Source of the DNA: Octopus bimaculoides
Lineage: Eukaryota
Length of the DNA stretch: 64,000 nucleotides
NCBI RefSeq assembly: GCF_001194135.2
Contig: NC_068981.1
Span: forward strand, 192,859,408 to 192,923,407
Reading direction: 5' to 3'
The notes beneath the pieces are model-generated. The model did not search any database, was not told where the DNA came from, and was given only the letters and a program-made list of their open reading frames with translations. This document shows positions 23,853 through 33,974 of the stretch, piece by piece. How positions within the stretch are numbered: the first letter of the stretch is position 1; each line of letters opens with the position of its first letter. The position numbers were made by a program, and so were the translations under genes.

Positions 23853-24731
23853 AATGATGATAATGATGTAGCCTTTACTCAGTTTCTTGACCTGTAAGAA
23901 ATAGCAGCCAAATCTGCTCAAGTTCACATCAGGCCACAGGGAAATATTAACTTGGTTAGAAACAAATGGCAATATGAAGGGCATTGGGCCATAGAATACT
24001 TACCTTAATGAATGTTTACTTAGTCATGCCATCTCAGATATGGCTATCCAGTTGAGGTGGTGTAAAAATAGTTCTCATGTATAAGGTGTCCTTTTAATTT
24101 TAAGGTTTAAAAGCTTGAAAAGTGTGTATAATTTATATGAACGAATTTGAACTTCTGTCAATAAATAAGTACAGACTACAGAGAGAGCTTCCAGATGGTC
24201 ACTCGATTTGCTAGAAAAAGCAGTCAAATCACCTCAAATCATGCCAAACTGACACATTAGATAACATAGTGTTAAATTAAATAACATAGTGCTCAGTATA
24301 TCTGAAAAGTCAGGATGGTCATGTCATAAATTTGCTCAGTAAGGGCTGACCTAGGGCTAAAAAAACAAAGTAACCTCTTGAAATATGAACCAATGAAAAA
24401 TCCCATATGTTGTCAGTCAACCTACTAAAAATAACAACCAATTTTCTCTCAAATTATATTGTATTGTTTTGAAAAAGAAAAGTACACCAGACAAAGTAGT
24501 CCTAGATACATTGTGTACCATAAAAAAAAGTAAAGAAAAAGAAAAATGATGATTTTTTTAAAGAATTTTAAAATTTCTGCTTTCAGCTTGAAGCAATCTG
24601 AATTATTCCAAGATGGAAATGTGAAGAAAGAAGGAATTGAAGTAGCAGATTTCTCAGCTTTGGATTGGAAATTTAAAGATATTGACATTAACAAAAACAT
24701 GAAACAACTTTTGAGAATTATTGCTCTTTAA
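134..24731 (+). CDS. Spliced protein-coding gene, 9 exons, ~363 aa, uncharacterised; K/R- and D/E/S-rich N-terminus, C-terminal degenerate EF-hand-like pair
   Basis: Exons 134-164, 12406-12485, 14965-15206, 17592-17727, 19189-19266, 20094-20187, 21584-21702, 22961-23127 and 24587-24731 join phase-compatibly into 1092 nt with no internal stop. All have AG acceptors and GT donors except exon 4 (GC donor inferred). The ATG at 134 is in aaaaatATGg context, but an upstream exon via the AG at 83-84 is possible. Confidence 0.8.
653..1178. mobile_element. Head-to-head inverted dimer of a tRNA-headed element with Penelope-type hammerhead remnants
   Basis: Arms ~653-838 and ~902-1150 are reverse complements; central 12-bp palindrome at 876-901; A box 870-880 and B box 826-835 on the - strand; 12-bp direct repeat ACATTCACTGAT at 641-652 and 1179-1190. 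Confidence 0.7.
1499..2455. mobile_element. hAT (Charlie-type) MITE interrupted by an RTE LINE 3' end
   Basis: TIRs cagcatttctcaac / gttgagaaacattg; perfect 8-bp TSD GTATATAG at 1491-98 and 2456-63. Confidence 0.8.
1605..2320 (-). mobile_element. 5'-truncated RTE-clade LINE 3' end (ORF C-terminus, 3' UTR, (GAT)n tail)
   Basis: ORF 2017-2283 RRLCWYGHV...GRGRPRKTW is the typical RTE C-terminus; the UTR recurs many times in the window. Confidence 0.85.
2885..3295 (+). mobile_element. Composite tRNA-derived SINE family, representative copy (others ~5350, 12200, 12810-13250, 14420-14890, 21200-21485, 27075-28630, 29130-29480, 32000, 36520, 37330, 37820, 48030, 51180-51550, 54140, 60565-60950, 61640-62010)
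   Basis: tRNA-like head, ccttgggcaagtgtcttctactatagcc tract, internal CA/TA microsatellite, (AAAAG)-type tail; about 20 copies in both orientations. Confidence 0.8.
5751..5795 (+). ncRNA. Minimal type I hammerhead ribozyme motif
   Basis: ggacca-CTGATGA(5757-63)-g-gtcac/agaagt/gtgac-GAAA(5781-84)-g-aa-c-TC-tggcc: stem II 5 bp, stem III 2 bp, CUC site, stem I with a 1-nt bulge. Confidence 0.6.
6293..6600 (+). mobile_element. tRNA-derived SINE with V-domain-like tract (deleted - strand copy at 22545-22790)
   Basis: A/B boxes (tggcccagcgg, gtttcgactcc), gatggactggcgtcccgtccag motif, (AAT) tail. Confidence 0.65.
7010..7255 (+). mobile_element. Tc1 transposase fragment (pseudogenised)
   Basis: Translates to NRLSLLTTITQEFQTAAG...LGFHGRASAH...WFKECQNWIIGQWKAIV*SDE, the Tc1 HTH-to-first-D region. 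Confidence 0.75.
9300..10000 (-). mobile_element. Tigger/pogo transposase relic, DDE and C-terminal part
   Basis: LLVDNASG and NTTGWIGLMDQEV resemble LLLDNAPGH and NTTSLIQPMDQGV; FIESHGEEMANED further downstream. Confidence 0.7.
10430..11200 (+). mobile_element. Tigger/pogo transposase relic, interrupted by a minisatellite
   Basis: ASHGWFECFK and LIFNVNETDMFRKWMPNRTYISKE; 11100-11190 is homologous to the - strand copy at ~9715-9805. Confidence 0.75.
10826..10946. repeat. Modular minisatellite (gttctaagacaccagtaacca and subunits)
   Basis: Three full units plus gttctaacc/gtaacc fragments. Confidence 0.8.
11335..11720 (-). mobile_element. RTE 3' UTR-derived repeat with (GAT)n tail, representative copy (others ~7975, 11920-12185, 14040, 19790, 21760, 23315-23830, 30105, 32780, 33380, 53920)
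   Basis: Shared gatgcccttcctaacgccaacc...ttttacgtgccaccggca core, contiguous with the RTE ORF at 2017 and 63627. Confidence 0.8.
12406..12485 (+). CDS. Gene 1 exon 2 (GHSGGRKKKSRKTSKRKKNSKHGKHKE), basic NLS-like
   Basis: ttgttcAG acceptor, GAG|GTATTT donor, phase 1 to 0, open frame. Confidence 0.75.
13513..13760 (-). mobile_element. Mariner 3' end relic with TIR
   Basis: VKSWLQTQPTNFYRRGLHSCIKHWEKCV is the mariner C-terminus; the end TA-TGAGGGGTGTTCATTAAAG is mariner-like. Confidence 0.75.
13775..14058. repeat. Cryptic trinucleotide repeat (GTC/GTT/ATC/ATT)n
   Basis: About 90 mixed triplets. Confidence 0.9.
14965..15206 (+). CDS. Gene 1 exon 3 (NDFHDCKVLDTDSESSSEDDG...ENGKNEEDGN)
   Basis: Long polypyrimidine tract with tcAG, donor AA|GTAAGT, phase 0 to 2, 80 open codons. 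Confidence 0.85.
15330..15552 (-). mobile_element. tRNA-derived SINE, further family (related + strand copy at 55810-56045)
   Basis: tRNA-like head and cacttcat...gttccagtccactcagc tract shared by both copies. Confidence 0.55.
16460..16506 (-). ncRNA. Eroded hammerhead motif (CTGAGGA...GAAACATGTC-tgga)
   Basis: Core, palindromic stem III (ACATGT), GUC site and stem I are present; stem II is degraded. A sister copy lies at 26045-26082. Confidence 0.4.
17592..17727 (+). CDS. Gene 1 exon 4 (MEKTSSFEFGKEIPALPGYK...LKRNKT); 3' boundary uncertain
   Basis: ttttgtttcAG acceptor in phase 2 matches exon 3. The only phase-0 donor found is GCAAGT at 17728. Confidence 0.6.
17740..17930 (-). mobile_element. 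Abundant tRNA-derived SINE family, representative copy (others ~6000, 15590-16190, 16950-17410, 21975-22440, 24780-25150, 39015, 40020, 45865-46340, 63070)
   Basis: gttctgagttcaaattcc B box and gactttgcctttcatcctttcggggtcgataa..agtacca tract, resembling Nin/Inv-type central domains. Confidence 0.8.
17993..18044 (+). CDS. Candidate alternative exon (SSNDKEKFPYWPLSNDE)
   Basis: ctatttgtgcAG acceptor, GAA|GTAGGG donor, open only in phase 2 to 0. Confidence 0.35.
18382..18650 (+). mobile_element. Penelope-like non-autonomous relic: ~100-bp-arm hairpin (18382-18586) plus a unique tail, inserted in (TA)n
   Basis: Near-perfect inverted repeat carrying the hammerhead; flanked by TA microsatellite. 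Confidence 0.55.
18490..18555 (+). ncRNA. Minimal type I hammerhead ribozyme motif inside an inverted repeat
   Basis: Stem I tgtcttaataa/ttattatgaca (10/11 pairs), CTGATGA 18501-07, stem II gatgtc/ggcatc, GAAA 18532-35, stem III actc-t-gagt, GUA site 18542-44. Confidence 0.7.
19189..19266 (+). CDS. Gene 1 exon 5 (ESEKITEPERRMFSSSKFMRTERKND)
   Basis: gtttctttAG acceptor, GAT|GTGAGT donor, phase 0 to 0. Confidence 0.8.
20094..20187 (+). CDS. Gene 1 exon 6 (KENMQSWLKEQLDFSLKPCRFELPVDSRQLE)
   Basis: ttcatttcAG acceptor, AAG|GTAAAT donor, phase 0 to 1. Confidence 0.85.
20592..20765. repeat. 49-55-bp tandem repeat, ~3 units
   Basis: tatcacatgt starts at 20592, 20647, 20696 and 20751. Confidence 0.85.
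21584..21702 (+). CDS. Gene 1 exon 7 (ASSPEEYLRTYCIVTSQFHSLYKTVFKKYQIPATLMIEYK)
   Basis: ttctttctgcAG acceptor, AAG|GTGAGT donor, phase 1 to 0. Confidence 0.85.
22961..23127 (+). CDS. Gene 1 exon 8 (NLEVALRDVAVNSFSVEKLKIIGSLVNLNETSTIDYKLFAGMAALAERLTDSSIK)
   Basis: T-rich tract and tatAG acceptor, AAG|GTTTTT donor, phase 0 to 2; NLNETSTIDYKLF resembles a degenerate EF-hand loop. Confidence 0.85.
24587..24731 (+). CDS. Gene 1 terminal coding exon (SLKQSELFQDGNVKKEGIEVADFSALDWKFKDIDINKNMKQLLRIIAL*)
   Basis: tctgctttcAG acceptor in phase 2, TAA stop; matches ORF-track 24546-24731. Confidence 0.85.
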
Positions 24732-25687
24732 ACGGCAAGAATTCATCAATTTCTCTTAAATTGGTAAATTTCTTGGTTTCAAATTTTGGCACAAAACCAG
24801 CAATTTTGGGTGGGTGGTGGTGTAAGTCGAATGCATCACCCCCACCCCCACCCACGTGTTCAACTGGTCCTTAATTTATTGGTCCTAAACGGATGAAAGG
24901 CAAAGTTGACCTTGGTGGAATTTGAACTTAGATCATATAGGTATGAAATGCTGTGAAGCATTTTGCCTGAGTGTGCTAACAATTCTGCCAGATCACCACA
25001 TTAAATTAATTAATTTATCAAGAAACTACTAACAGGGTTCTTGATTTAGGCATAAGGCCAGCAATTCCATTGATCCCAGTATTTGACTGGTACTTTATTT
25101 CATTGAGCCTGAAAAAACAAAGTTGACCTTGGTGGGGTTGGAACTCAGAGAAATTAATCATGTTAAAGAATTTTAAAATTGTCTGGTTCATTATGAATGA
25201 TAAGTGATCATTTACCATTTATATTTCTTAAGTTTGTCTCAACAGATTTTCTATAGAATTTACAGCCAACACTGAAAGTCATGATGTTTCATTATGTTTG
25301 GTGCTGGTTCTGACTTTGATAGAATATCTGTAGAGATACACTTGAAATGAAAACAACACACTGCAAACATGTGGGACTATGCTATGGTTGCAAAACGGAA
25401 TATGGTGTCCCTGTGAACAATTAATATGTACTTAGCATTTATAATGAGATAGAATTATATTTTCAAACATTTAATATCTTCTGTGTCATTCTGAATACGA
25501 TTGAAGGTGACTATTCTTAAAGAAATAAAACAGAAAAACAAGAAATTATAAAATTGAAGAAAATGATTTTGAAGAATACAGAGTTGAATAATAATGTTGT
25601 GAGACAAAAATGGAAATTGTTCAGACTGTTACAATTATCTTTAGAGATGGTATTAACAGTAAAACTGGCATAACTGAAAAAGAAATA

Positions 25688-25865
25688 CCGTATTTTAATG
25701 TGTATAAGAAACCCTTTTATGTCAAAAATTAGGTTAAAAGATATGGGAGTTTCTTAAACGTGGATAGCATTGTAATCCCTTAGAAAACCTTTCTTCCAAA
25801 TTTTAAGACCCCAAAATTAGGGGTTTCCTTATACACGAGGGTCCCTTATACATGTTAAAATACAG
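25688..25865. mobile_element. Tc2/pogo-type MITE
   Basis: Ends taccgtattttaatgtgtataag / cttatacatgttaaaatacagta (23 bp including TA TSD, 3 mismatches). Confidence 0.7.
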
Positions 25866-26099
25866 TAAATTAAAATAGTCATCTGTGTATCATACTTAAT
25901 ACGTATACACCACTAAGACATGATGCTGTGATTTTTGTCTGAGAGGGAGAATCTCTTCAAAGATGTGTTAAAAAGAATGTATATTAGAGTGAGGCAGATA
26001 TTGCCCCAGCAGCAGCAGCAGCAGCATCAGCAACTAATGAGAATTCCAGACATGTTTCAGACTTCTTAGACCTTGTCAATGATGTGTAAGCAGCTGTCA

Positions 26100-26680
26100 T
26101 TGACAAGGCCATCCAATTGCACAATTTGCATGGATTCCTGTGATTCGCTGTTGCCATCCAGTTTATATTTGGCAGGTCAGAGGAACTACAGTTTATGTTG
26201 TCATAAACTTGCTTGATATGGGTCTTTGCTTGCCATCATCTGCTATTTCTTCCATGTGTAGGCTCCCACAAAAGAACTTCACAAGCAGTTTCATCTTTCA
26301 CTCTCCAGTCATACCCAGTATATCTGACTATGTTCTTTCATATCTAATACTAAACAAAGGTTCCTATACATTCACTCATTGGCCAAATAATCTCTCCAGC
26401 TGACATGTAAAGCCACTTTTCGGACGCATCTGTTGCCTCCATCCACTCTTCTTTCCAGTTTCGAGGTAAGGATCCATGCTGAGCAGTCATACAACAGAAC
26501 AGACATAACAGCCTTCTGAAAGAGGCTCTTCTTCGTGTTGTCTAGATTTCCTCATGAGATAAATTGTCAACAGCTTCCCAGGCCTTACTATTGCATGTAT
26601 TTACATCGCTTTTGCAGCTAGGCATTTTGCTATGTAACTAAATAAATTCTACACAGTTGAGAGGTGTGCCAGGTTGTGTT
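26100..26680 (-). mobile_element. Old RTE-like LINE 3' relic
   Basis: Degenerate KAWEAV...SVLLYDCSAWILTSKLERRVDG...VSWRD...LLWEPTHG pattern. Confidence 0.65.
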
Positions 26681-27268
26681 TTGATTGTTCTGTTTTGATT
26701 TAAGCTTCTGTATTATGTTTTGTCTGAGTTAACAAACAAGACCAAAGAAGGCCAAAACACATCTGACATTCTTATGAGTCACTACTAGGATAATATTCAA
26801 GTCATTCTGATGTACGTTTGTGTTTTTAACACAATATGTATGTGAAGAGGTTTTCTCTCAGACAAAAACCACAGCACCATGCTTTTCAATGGTTCATAAA
26901 CATTTAACATGATACACAATTGTGTATTAATAGTAAAGTTGTTAATAACAACTTGACTCATATAATTAGACATTTAATCAGCCATCTGTATGAAACTTGA
27001 AAACAATGGAGGCTATTGCAGAAAAGGAGACTGACAACTGACAAAAACATCAAACAACCATTTTCTTTTTTTTTTTTACTTGTTTCAGTCATTTGACTGC
27101 GGCCATACTGGAGCACCGCCTTTAGTCAAACAAATCCAGGACTTATTCTTTGTATAAGGACTTATTCTTTGTAAGCCTAGTACTTATTCTATTGATCTCT
27201 TTTGACGAACCACTAAGTTACTGAGATGTAAACACACTAACATCAGTTGTCGAATGATGGCAGGGAGA

Positions 27269-27306
<38 letters not shown>

Positions 27307-28810
27307 TATATATATGTATATATATACAACAGGCTTTCAGTTTCGTCTACCAAATCCATTCACAAGGCTTTGGTCAACTGAAGGCTATAGTGGAAGGCTA
27401 TGTGATTGGGAAGCAACCTTCTTACCACACAGCCACGCTTGCACCTATGTTTAAACGAATGACACCAGAAGTTTCTCAGATAAGCATTTGCCAACAAAAT
27501 CCACGAATTTAAATGTACTTGTCCTTCACCTTTCATTTGTTTCAATCACTGGACTGTGGCCATCCTGGGGCACAACCTTGACAGATTTTGTTGAACAAAG
27601 TGACCTTAGAAATTCTTTTTTTAAGGTCTTTTTTGTTAAACTGCTAAGTTATGGGGACATAAACAGACCAACACTGGTTGTCAAGTGGTGGAAAAACAAA
27701 GACACATGTGTGCTTGCACACACGCACACACACACACACATATGCACACACAGATGCACATATATGGTAGGCTTTGAAAGAGCTTCTGTCAAACAAATTT
27801 ACTCCCAAGGCATTGGTTGTCCTGGGGCTCTGCTAGAAGACACCTGCCCAAGGTGCCAAACATTGGGACTGAACCTGAAACCTCATGATTGCTAAGCCAG
27901 CTTCTTAACCACACAGCCATGCCGACACCTAAATCTTAATTGGGTGAGGTTCCAGTCAGTTGGCAGTTGTTTATTTTTCTATTATCTTTTACTTGTTTCA
28001 GTCGTTTGGCTATGGCCATGCTGGAGCACCGCCTTGAAGAATTTTTAGTCAATGAAATTGACCTCAGGACTGGCTACTTTTGTAAAGTCTAGTATTTATT
28101 CTACCAGACATTTTTGCTGAACCTCTAAGTATCAGGGATGTAAACACACCAGCACCGGTTGTCATGTGGTAGTGGTGGGGAAAACACACATACACACACA
28201 CACACACATACACACACATGCATATATTCTTTTATTCTTTTACTTGTTCAGTCATTTGACTGTGGCCATGCTGGAACACCGCCTTTAGTCAAGCAAATCA
28301 ACCCCAGGACTTATTCTTTGTAAGCCTAGTACTTATTCTATCAGTCTCTTATGCCGAACCGCTAAGTTACGGGAACGTAAACACACCAGCATCGGTTGTC
28401 AAGCGATGTTGGCGGGACAAACACAGACGCACAAACACACACAGATATATATATATATATATATATATATGATAGGCTTCTTTCAGTTTCCGTCTACCAA
28501 ATCCACTCACAAGGCTTTGGTCGGCCCGAAGCTATAGTAGAAGACACTTGCCCAAGGTACCATGCAGTGGGACTGAACCCAGAACCATGTGGTTGGTAAG
28601 CAAACTATTTACCACACAGCCACTCCTACGCATATAACGTATGATTAATTCAAAACAATGGAAATAAATAAGCATTAAATTTGACAGTCATCTGAATGTT
28701 AAAGGGTCAAAAGCACAAGAAATATGTCAGAAGCAGAGGGAAATCCTCCAGCTACAGCGGGTAGAATGCTAGATGCACGTTTCTAACTCTTTAGACTTTG
28801 TCAATAACAT

Positions 28811-28886
28811 TTACTCCCTGGTAACTGCGTGCTGGTAACTCCCTGGTAACTGCATGCTGGTAACTCCCTGGTAACTACGTGCTGAG
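28811..28886. repeat. 25-bp tandem repeat x3
   Basis: actccctggtaactgcgtgctggta. Confidence 0.9.
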
Positions 28887-29351
28887 AAAAAAATCCAATT
28901 GAAAATCAGAGATGGTGTAATTAAAACCTAATGGTTAAACTCTTTATAAACAACAAAGGTTGTATTAGATTAACGTAGCCATTGGTGTTTTTAAACATTG
29001 AGTGTCCATAAGGAATGTTCTCCTCAGATGAACTCTGCTGTTAATTTGCTTTTCTTCATGATGTATCTGTTAAATATGTCACACAGAAAAACTAAAAGAA
29101 AAACAAGCTCAGTTCTTTTAGTAGAACACTTTTTATCTTTTTTTTACTTGTTTCAATGGCCATACTGGGGCACCACCTTGGAGAATTTTAGTTGAATGAA
29201 TTGACCCCAGGACTTAACATTTTTTTAAAGCCTGGTACTTATTCTATCAGTCTCTTTTGCCGAACCACTAAGTTACAGGGATGTGAACACACCAACAACG
29301 GTTGTCAAGTGGTGGTGGGAGACAAACACACACAAAGATGCAGAAACACAC

Positions 29352-29392
<41 letters not shown>

Positions 29393-29479
29393 GCTTCTTT
29401 CAGTTTCCATGTACCAAATCCATCCACAAGGCTTTGGTCAGCCTGAGGGCTTCTACAATAGTCTTGGGCTATAGTAGAA

Positions 29480-29770
29480 TTTCAGTTTTCCCTTCATTTT
29501 TAACAACTGACTGCTTTTCACAGAACAGATGAAATTTATGAATTCTATATTGCATTCTAAAGTTTCTGGAGCACTCAACTGAACTCACACAAGTTTCTCT
29601 CACACTCGTATCATTGGGTGTTGTTTGGTATTTTCTAGGACTATTGCTTCTGTTGGTGTTACAAGCTTGGATTACTCTAAACCATTTCAATAATATTGCA
29701 TCTACTTGTGAACATTTTAATTTCTTCCAAGACATTCCCCACTGTATCTCCTTTACATGTCTCTGAACCA
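29480..29770 (-). mobile_element. pogo/Tigger CENP-B HTH relic
   Basis: KKLKCSQVDAILLKWFRVIQACN resembles the VDEALLKWF HTH motif. Confidence 0.4.
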
Positions 29771-30256
29771 ATCACAAATCACATTAACTTATTCGTTTGT
29801 TTTTTTATTGTAATAAATTGATGAAGAAACTATCTCATTATATTCATGCACAATAGCATTCCAGCTTTCATTTCTGTTCAAATATGGTATTATTTTAGCC
29901 TGAACAGGATAAGCTTCCCCCTATTTTGCAGAAAAAAAAGTGTTGGTGGCTGGCTATGAGACACAAACTCACACCTCCATGATTACGCGTCGTGGTGCTC
30001 TAAACCATTAAACTAAACTGCCCTTACCACAAATTCTTCTGCAAATTTAAGATGTATAGAAATCTCACTTTATGAGACGCTATCATACGTTAAATTCAAA
30101 TTATGACAGCGTTAGGAAGGGCATCCAGCTGTAGAAACTCTGCCAAATCAGATTGGAGCCTGGTGTAGCCACCGGGTTTCACCAGTCCTCAGTCAAATTG
30201 CCCAACCCATGCTAGCATGGAAAGCAGACGTTAAACGACGATGATGATGATGATGA

Positions 30257-30543
30257 TGTAAACAAACAAATGAAGTTTGCTTTAGAAGCATTGAGATGTC
30301 TTAGAAAGTTAAAGAAGTGATTTTTAAATTCTCAAACGCAGGATAATGCTAATAATATAGCCTGAACAGGATAAACTACCCCTATTTTGCAGAAGCCGGC
30401 TGCCAACACTTTTTTCTGCAAAATAGGGGTATCTTATCCTGTTCAGGCTATATTATTAGCATTATCCTGCATTTGAGAATTTAAAATCACTTCTTTAACT
30501 TTCTAAGACATCTCAACGCTTCTAAAAGCAAACTTCGTTTACA
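30257..30543. repeat. Fold-back inverted repeat, ~125-bp arms, ~22-nt loop
   Basis: The left arm matches the reverse complement of the right arm with few differences. Confidence 0.9.
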
Positions 30544-30639
30544 TTCATTGTAATTTGAATTTAAGGTATTATTTTAATTTCCAAGTGCAATGTGAGAGTT
30601 ACAAGCTATTTTTTTTTTACACCTTCCCAAAGTCAGTGA

Positions 30640-31250
30640 CCTTTATGAATACAGGAAGATGGTTTTTATTCACAAATGGGCAATAAAGAAGTAGATAGAA
30701 GCAGATACAAAACATAAAGGTGCAGGCCAATTTTTTTTTGTGACTTGAGCATAAACAGTATTCAAGTGACATCGGTAACCAGTGATGGTGCTTAATAAGG
30801 AATTTGCTAAAGTTGAAAATAAACACCAGGCAACTGGGTCTGCCAGACTATTGAATCTCAGATTAAGACAATTTTTACTGCGTGTGAAAACTTCAAAGCA
30901 GATTTGGCATTTGCATGCATGCAGTTCCTTAAAGATTTTCTGGAAGTATCTACTAAACTACTTCAAGACATTTTGGTATATAAGGAGAACACAGGATTTG
31001 AAACAGAGTTTTTATTTTTAAAAAAATTGAAACATTTCCAGATAATTCCATTTCGGATTACAATTATAACAGTTCTACTTGATCAAATCTATTGCAGTAA
31101 ACAGTTTTTCTTCTTTGAGTCATCACTAGGAGATTTATCCTCTTTCTCTGTTTTGTTTGTCTACAGAAAGAAAGAAAGGCCAATTGTCAGATTGTGCTGT
31201 GTGAGGGAAATATTTACCCTTATTTCCAGCAAATTTAATGATCTTTAGAA
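30640..31250 (+). mobile_element. Possible hAT (SPIN/GTF2IRD2-like) transposase relic
   Basis: SVTSDGA and DLAFACMQFLKDFLEVSTKLLQ weakly match SITTDGA and DLAFL..KLQ. Confidence 0.3.
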
Positions 31251-33049
31251 CATTTTATTGAAGAAGAGATAAAAATCCGAGGAAAAGATTATATATATAT
31301 ATATATATATATATATNNNNNNNNNNNNNNNNNNNNNNNNNNNNNNNNNNNNNNNNNNNNNNNNNNNNNNNNNNNNNNNNNNNNNNNNNNNNNNNNNNNN
31401 NNNNNNNNNNNNNNNNNNNNNNNNNNNNNNNNNNNNNNNNNNNNNNNNNNNNNNNNNNNNNNNNNNNNNNNNNNNNNNNNNNNNNNNNNNNNNNNNNNNN
31501 NNNNNNNNNNNNNNNNNNNNNNNNNNNNNNNNNNNNNNNNNNNNNNNNNNNNNNNNNNNNNNNNNNNNNNNNNNNNNNNNNNNNNNNNNNNNNNNNNNNN
31601 NNNNNNNNNNNNNNNNNNNNNNNNNNNNNNNNNNNNNNNNNNNNNNNNNNNNNNNNNNNNNNNNNNNNNNNNNNNNNNNNNNNNNNNNNNNNNNNNNNNN
31701 NNNNNNNNNNNNNNNNNNNNNNNNNNNNNNNNNNNNNNNNNNNNNNNNNNNNNNNNNNNNNNNNNNNNNNNNNNNNNNNNNNNNNNNNNNNNNNNNNNNN
31801 NNNNNNNNNNNNNNNNNNNNNNNNNNNNNNNNNNNNNNNNNNNNNNNNNNNNNNNNNNNNNNNNNNNNNNNNNNNNNNNNNNNNNNNNNNNNNNNNNNNN
31901 NNNNNNNNNNNNNNNNNNNNNNNNNNNNNNNNNNNNNNNNNNNNNNNNNNNNNNNNNNNNNNNNNNNNNNNNNNNNNNNNNNNNNNNTATATACACAGGC
32001 ACAGGCATAGCTGTGCAGTAAGAAATTTGCTTCTCAACTAAATAGTTTTGAGTTCAGTCCCACTGTGTGGCTCTTTGGTTAAGTGTATTCTATTATAGCT
32101 CTGGCCCAACCAAAGTCTTGTCAGTGGGTTTTGTATTCAGAAACTGAAAGAAGCCCATTGTTTATATATGCATGTATGTATGTATGTATGTATGTATGTA
32201 TGTATGTATGTATGTGTGTAGGTATGTAGGTATGTGTGTAGGTATGTACGTATGTATGTATAAATGATGGGTTTTTTTCAGTTTATACATGTGTGTGTGT
32301 GTGTGTGTTTTACTGCCTTCTTGCCTTTACATCGCATAATAGTTGTAGATAGAATTGCAAGTGTTATCCTTTGTTTCCAATCTTCAATGAAAACATGTCT
32401 GGCCATGAGGGAATATTAACTTACTTGTAAACAGGTGAGGGTTGGTGAGTGGAAGGGTATCTGGCCATAAAAATCCATCCTAACAAATTGTCTCTGACCT
32501 ATGCAAGCACAGAAAAGTGGGAATTAAAATGTTGATGATAATGATGAAGATGAAAGAGAAATTAGGCATAAGAGGAATTAGACGTAGTGTGCAAGAGAGG
32601 AGACAGCACTGAAGTACTGAAGGGTGACCGCAAGATGGTGAACATTTCAGATGAGATGACAAAGGACCAGGATACCTAGTGCTTTGCTGTACTCAAAAAG
32701 TTCTGTCCTCCACTGATGTTAAGGCCGTTTGCCCTGTTGAGGAGTCCTGGGCCAGTGCCATGTAAGAATACTCAACATCATCATCATCATTATCATCATT
32801 TAGCATCTGCTTTCCATGCTGGCAAGTGTTGGACAGTTTGACTGAAACCAGGTTCCAATCAGATTTGGCATGGTTTCTATGGCTGGATGCCCTTCCTAAT
32901 GCCTACCATTCCAAGAGTGTAACGGATGCTTTTTATGTGCGACCGGCTTTTTGCCTGTTATGTGACACTGGCATCACTAATAAATGTGTCCTGATTTATA
33001 AACCATATAAAATGGTATTGAAAGCAGTCTTTACACATGGCAGATGTAC

Positions 33050-33385
33050 TGGTACATCAAACACCAGAAATGTACAGGAAATAGACTCCCTCAAATACCA
33101 GTGGTGGGGTGGATCCTTGGAAGTAGTAGACAGTTTCTGTTACTTAGGTGATCTGGTTACCAATGGTGGAAGTTGTTCTGAAAGCATAGCTGCTAGAATA
33201 TAAATAGGCTGGGCGAAGTTCAGAAAGCAATTACCCCTGTAACAATTACCTCTGTAAGTTATTACCTGTGTAACAAAGGGCCTCTCCCTCAGAGTGAAAG
33301 GCAGATTGTATGATGCCTGTGTATGAACAGTTATACTACATGGTAGTGTGAGATGGGCTGTGACTAGTGAGGACATGCCAAGGCT
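33050..33385 (+). mobile_element. RTE LINE reverse-transcriptase-distal fragment
   Basis: LEVVDSFCYLGDLVTNGGSCSESIAARI...KGLSLRVKGRLYDACV. Confidence 0.8.
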
Positions 33386-33974
33386 TGAAACCACCTGTGC
33401 TGGTGCTGTGCAGGAGGACCCAGTCCACTCTGTAAAGTGGTTGGCATCAGAAAAGGCACCCAGCTGTAGAAATCATGCCAAAGCAGACATGGAGCACGGA
33501 CAGCTCTTCAGCTGGTCAGCTCCTGTCAAACTGTTCAACTCATACCAGCATGGAAAATGGATGTAAAACAACAGTGACGATATTTATCCATTACTTCACC
33601 TGATATCAAAATATTCACCTTCATTGCTACATGATCTCACTTAATATCTAAATATTGCTCCATTTCCTCCTCAGCTACTAAATATATACCCAATGGCTAT
33701 AAAATGGGGATATTTACCCCATTGCTTGGTTTAGCTTTAAACAGAAATGCTTTACCAGTGTCTGTCACTGCCACATAATTACTCATTGAAATAATCAAAT
33801 TTGAATATATTTCAAGCAGTTTAAAGCTTCTGGTGAGATATAATCTGACCATGAGTTAATATTTTAGGTACTACTTCTTAGGTAGAAAGGTTTTTATATT
33901 CTCAGAAATATTCATTATTATTATTTTTTACATGTCTAAAACAGTTACACACTAGTAACGTCTGCTTATGACAA

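Noticed and set aside
28811-28886. Regular 25-bp repeats (also 10826-10946 and 39667-39912) superficially CRISPR-like
   Set aside because: No unique spacers, eukaryotic context, no cas genes; these are ordinary minisatellites.
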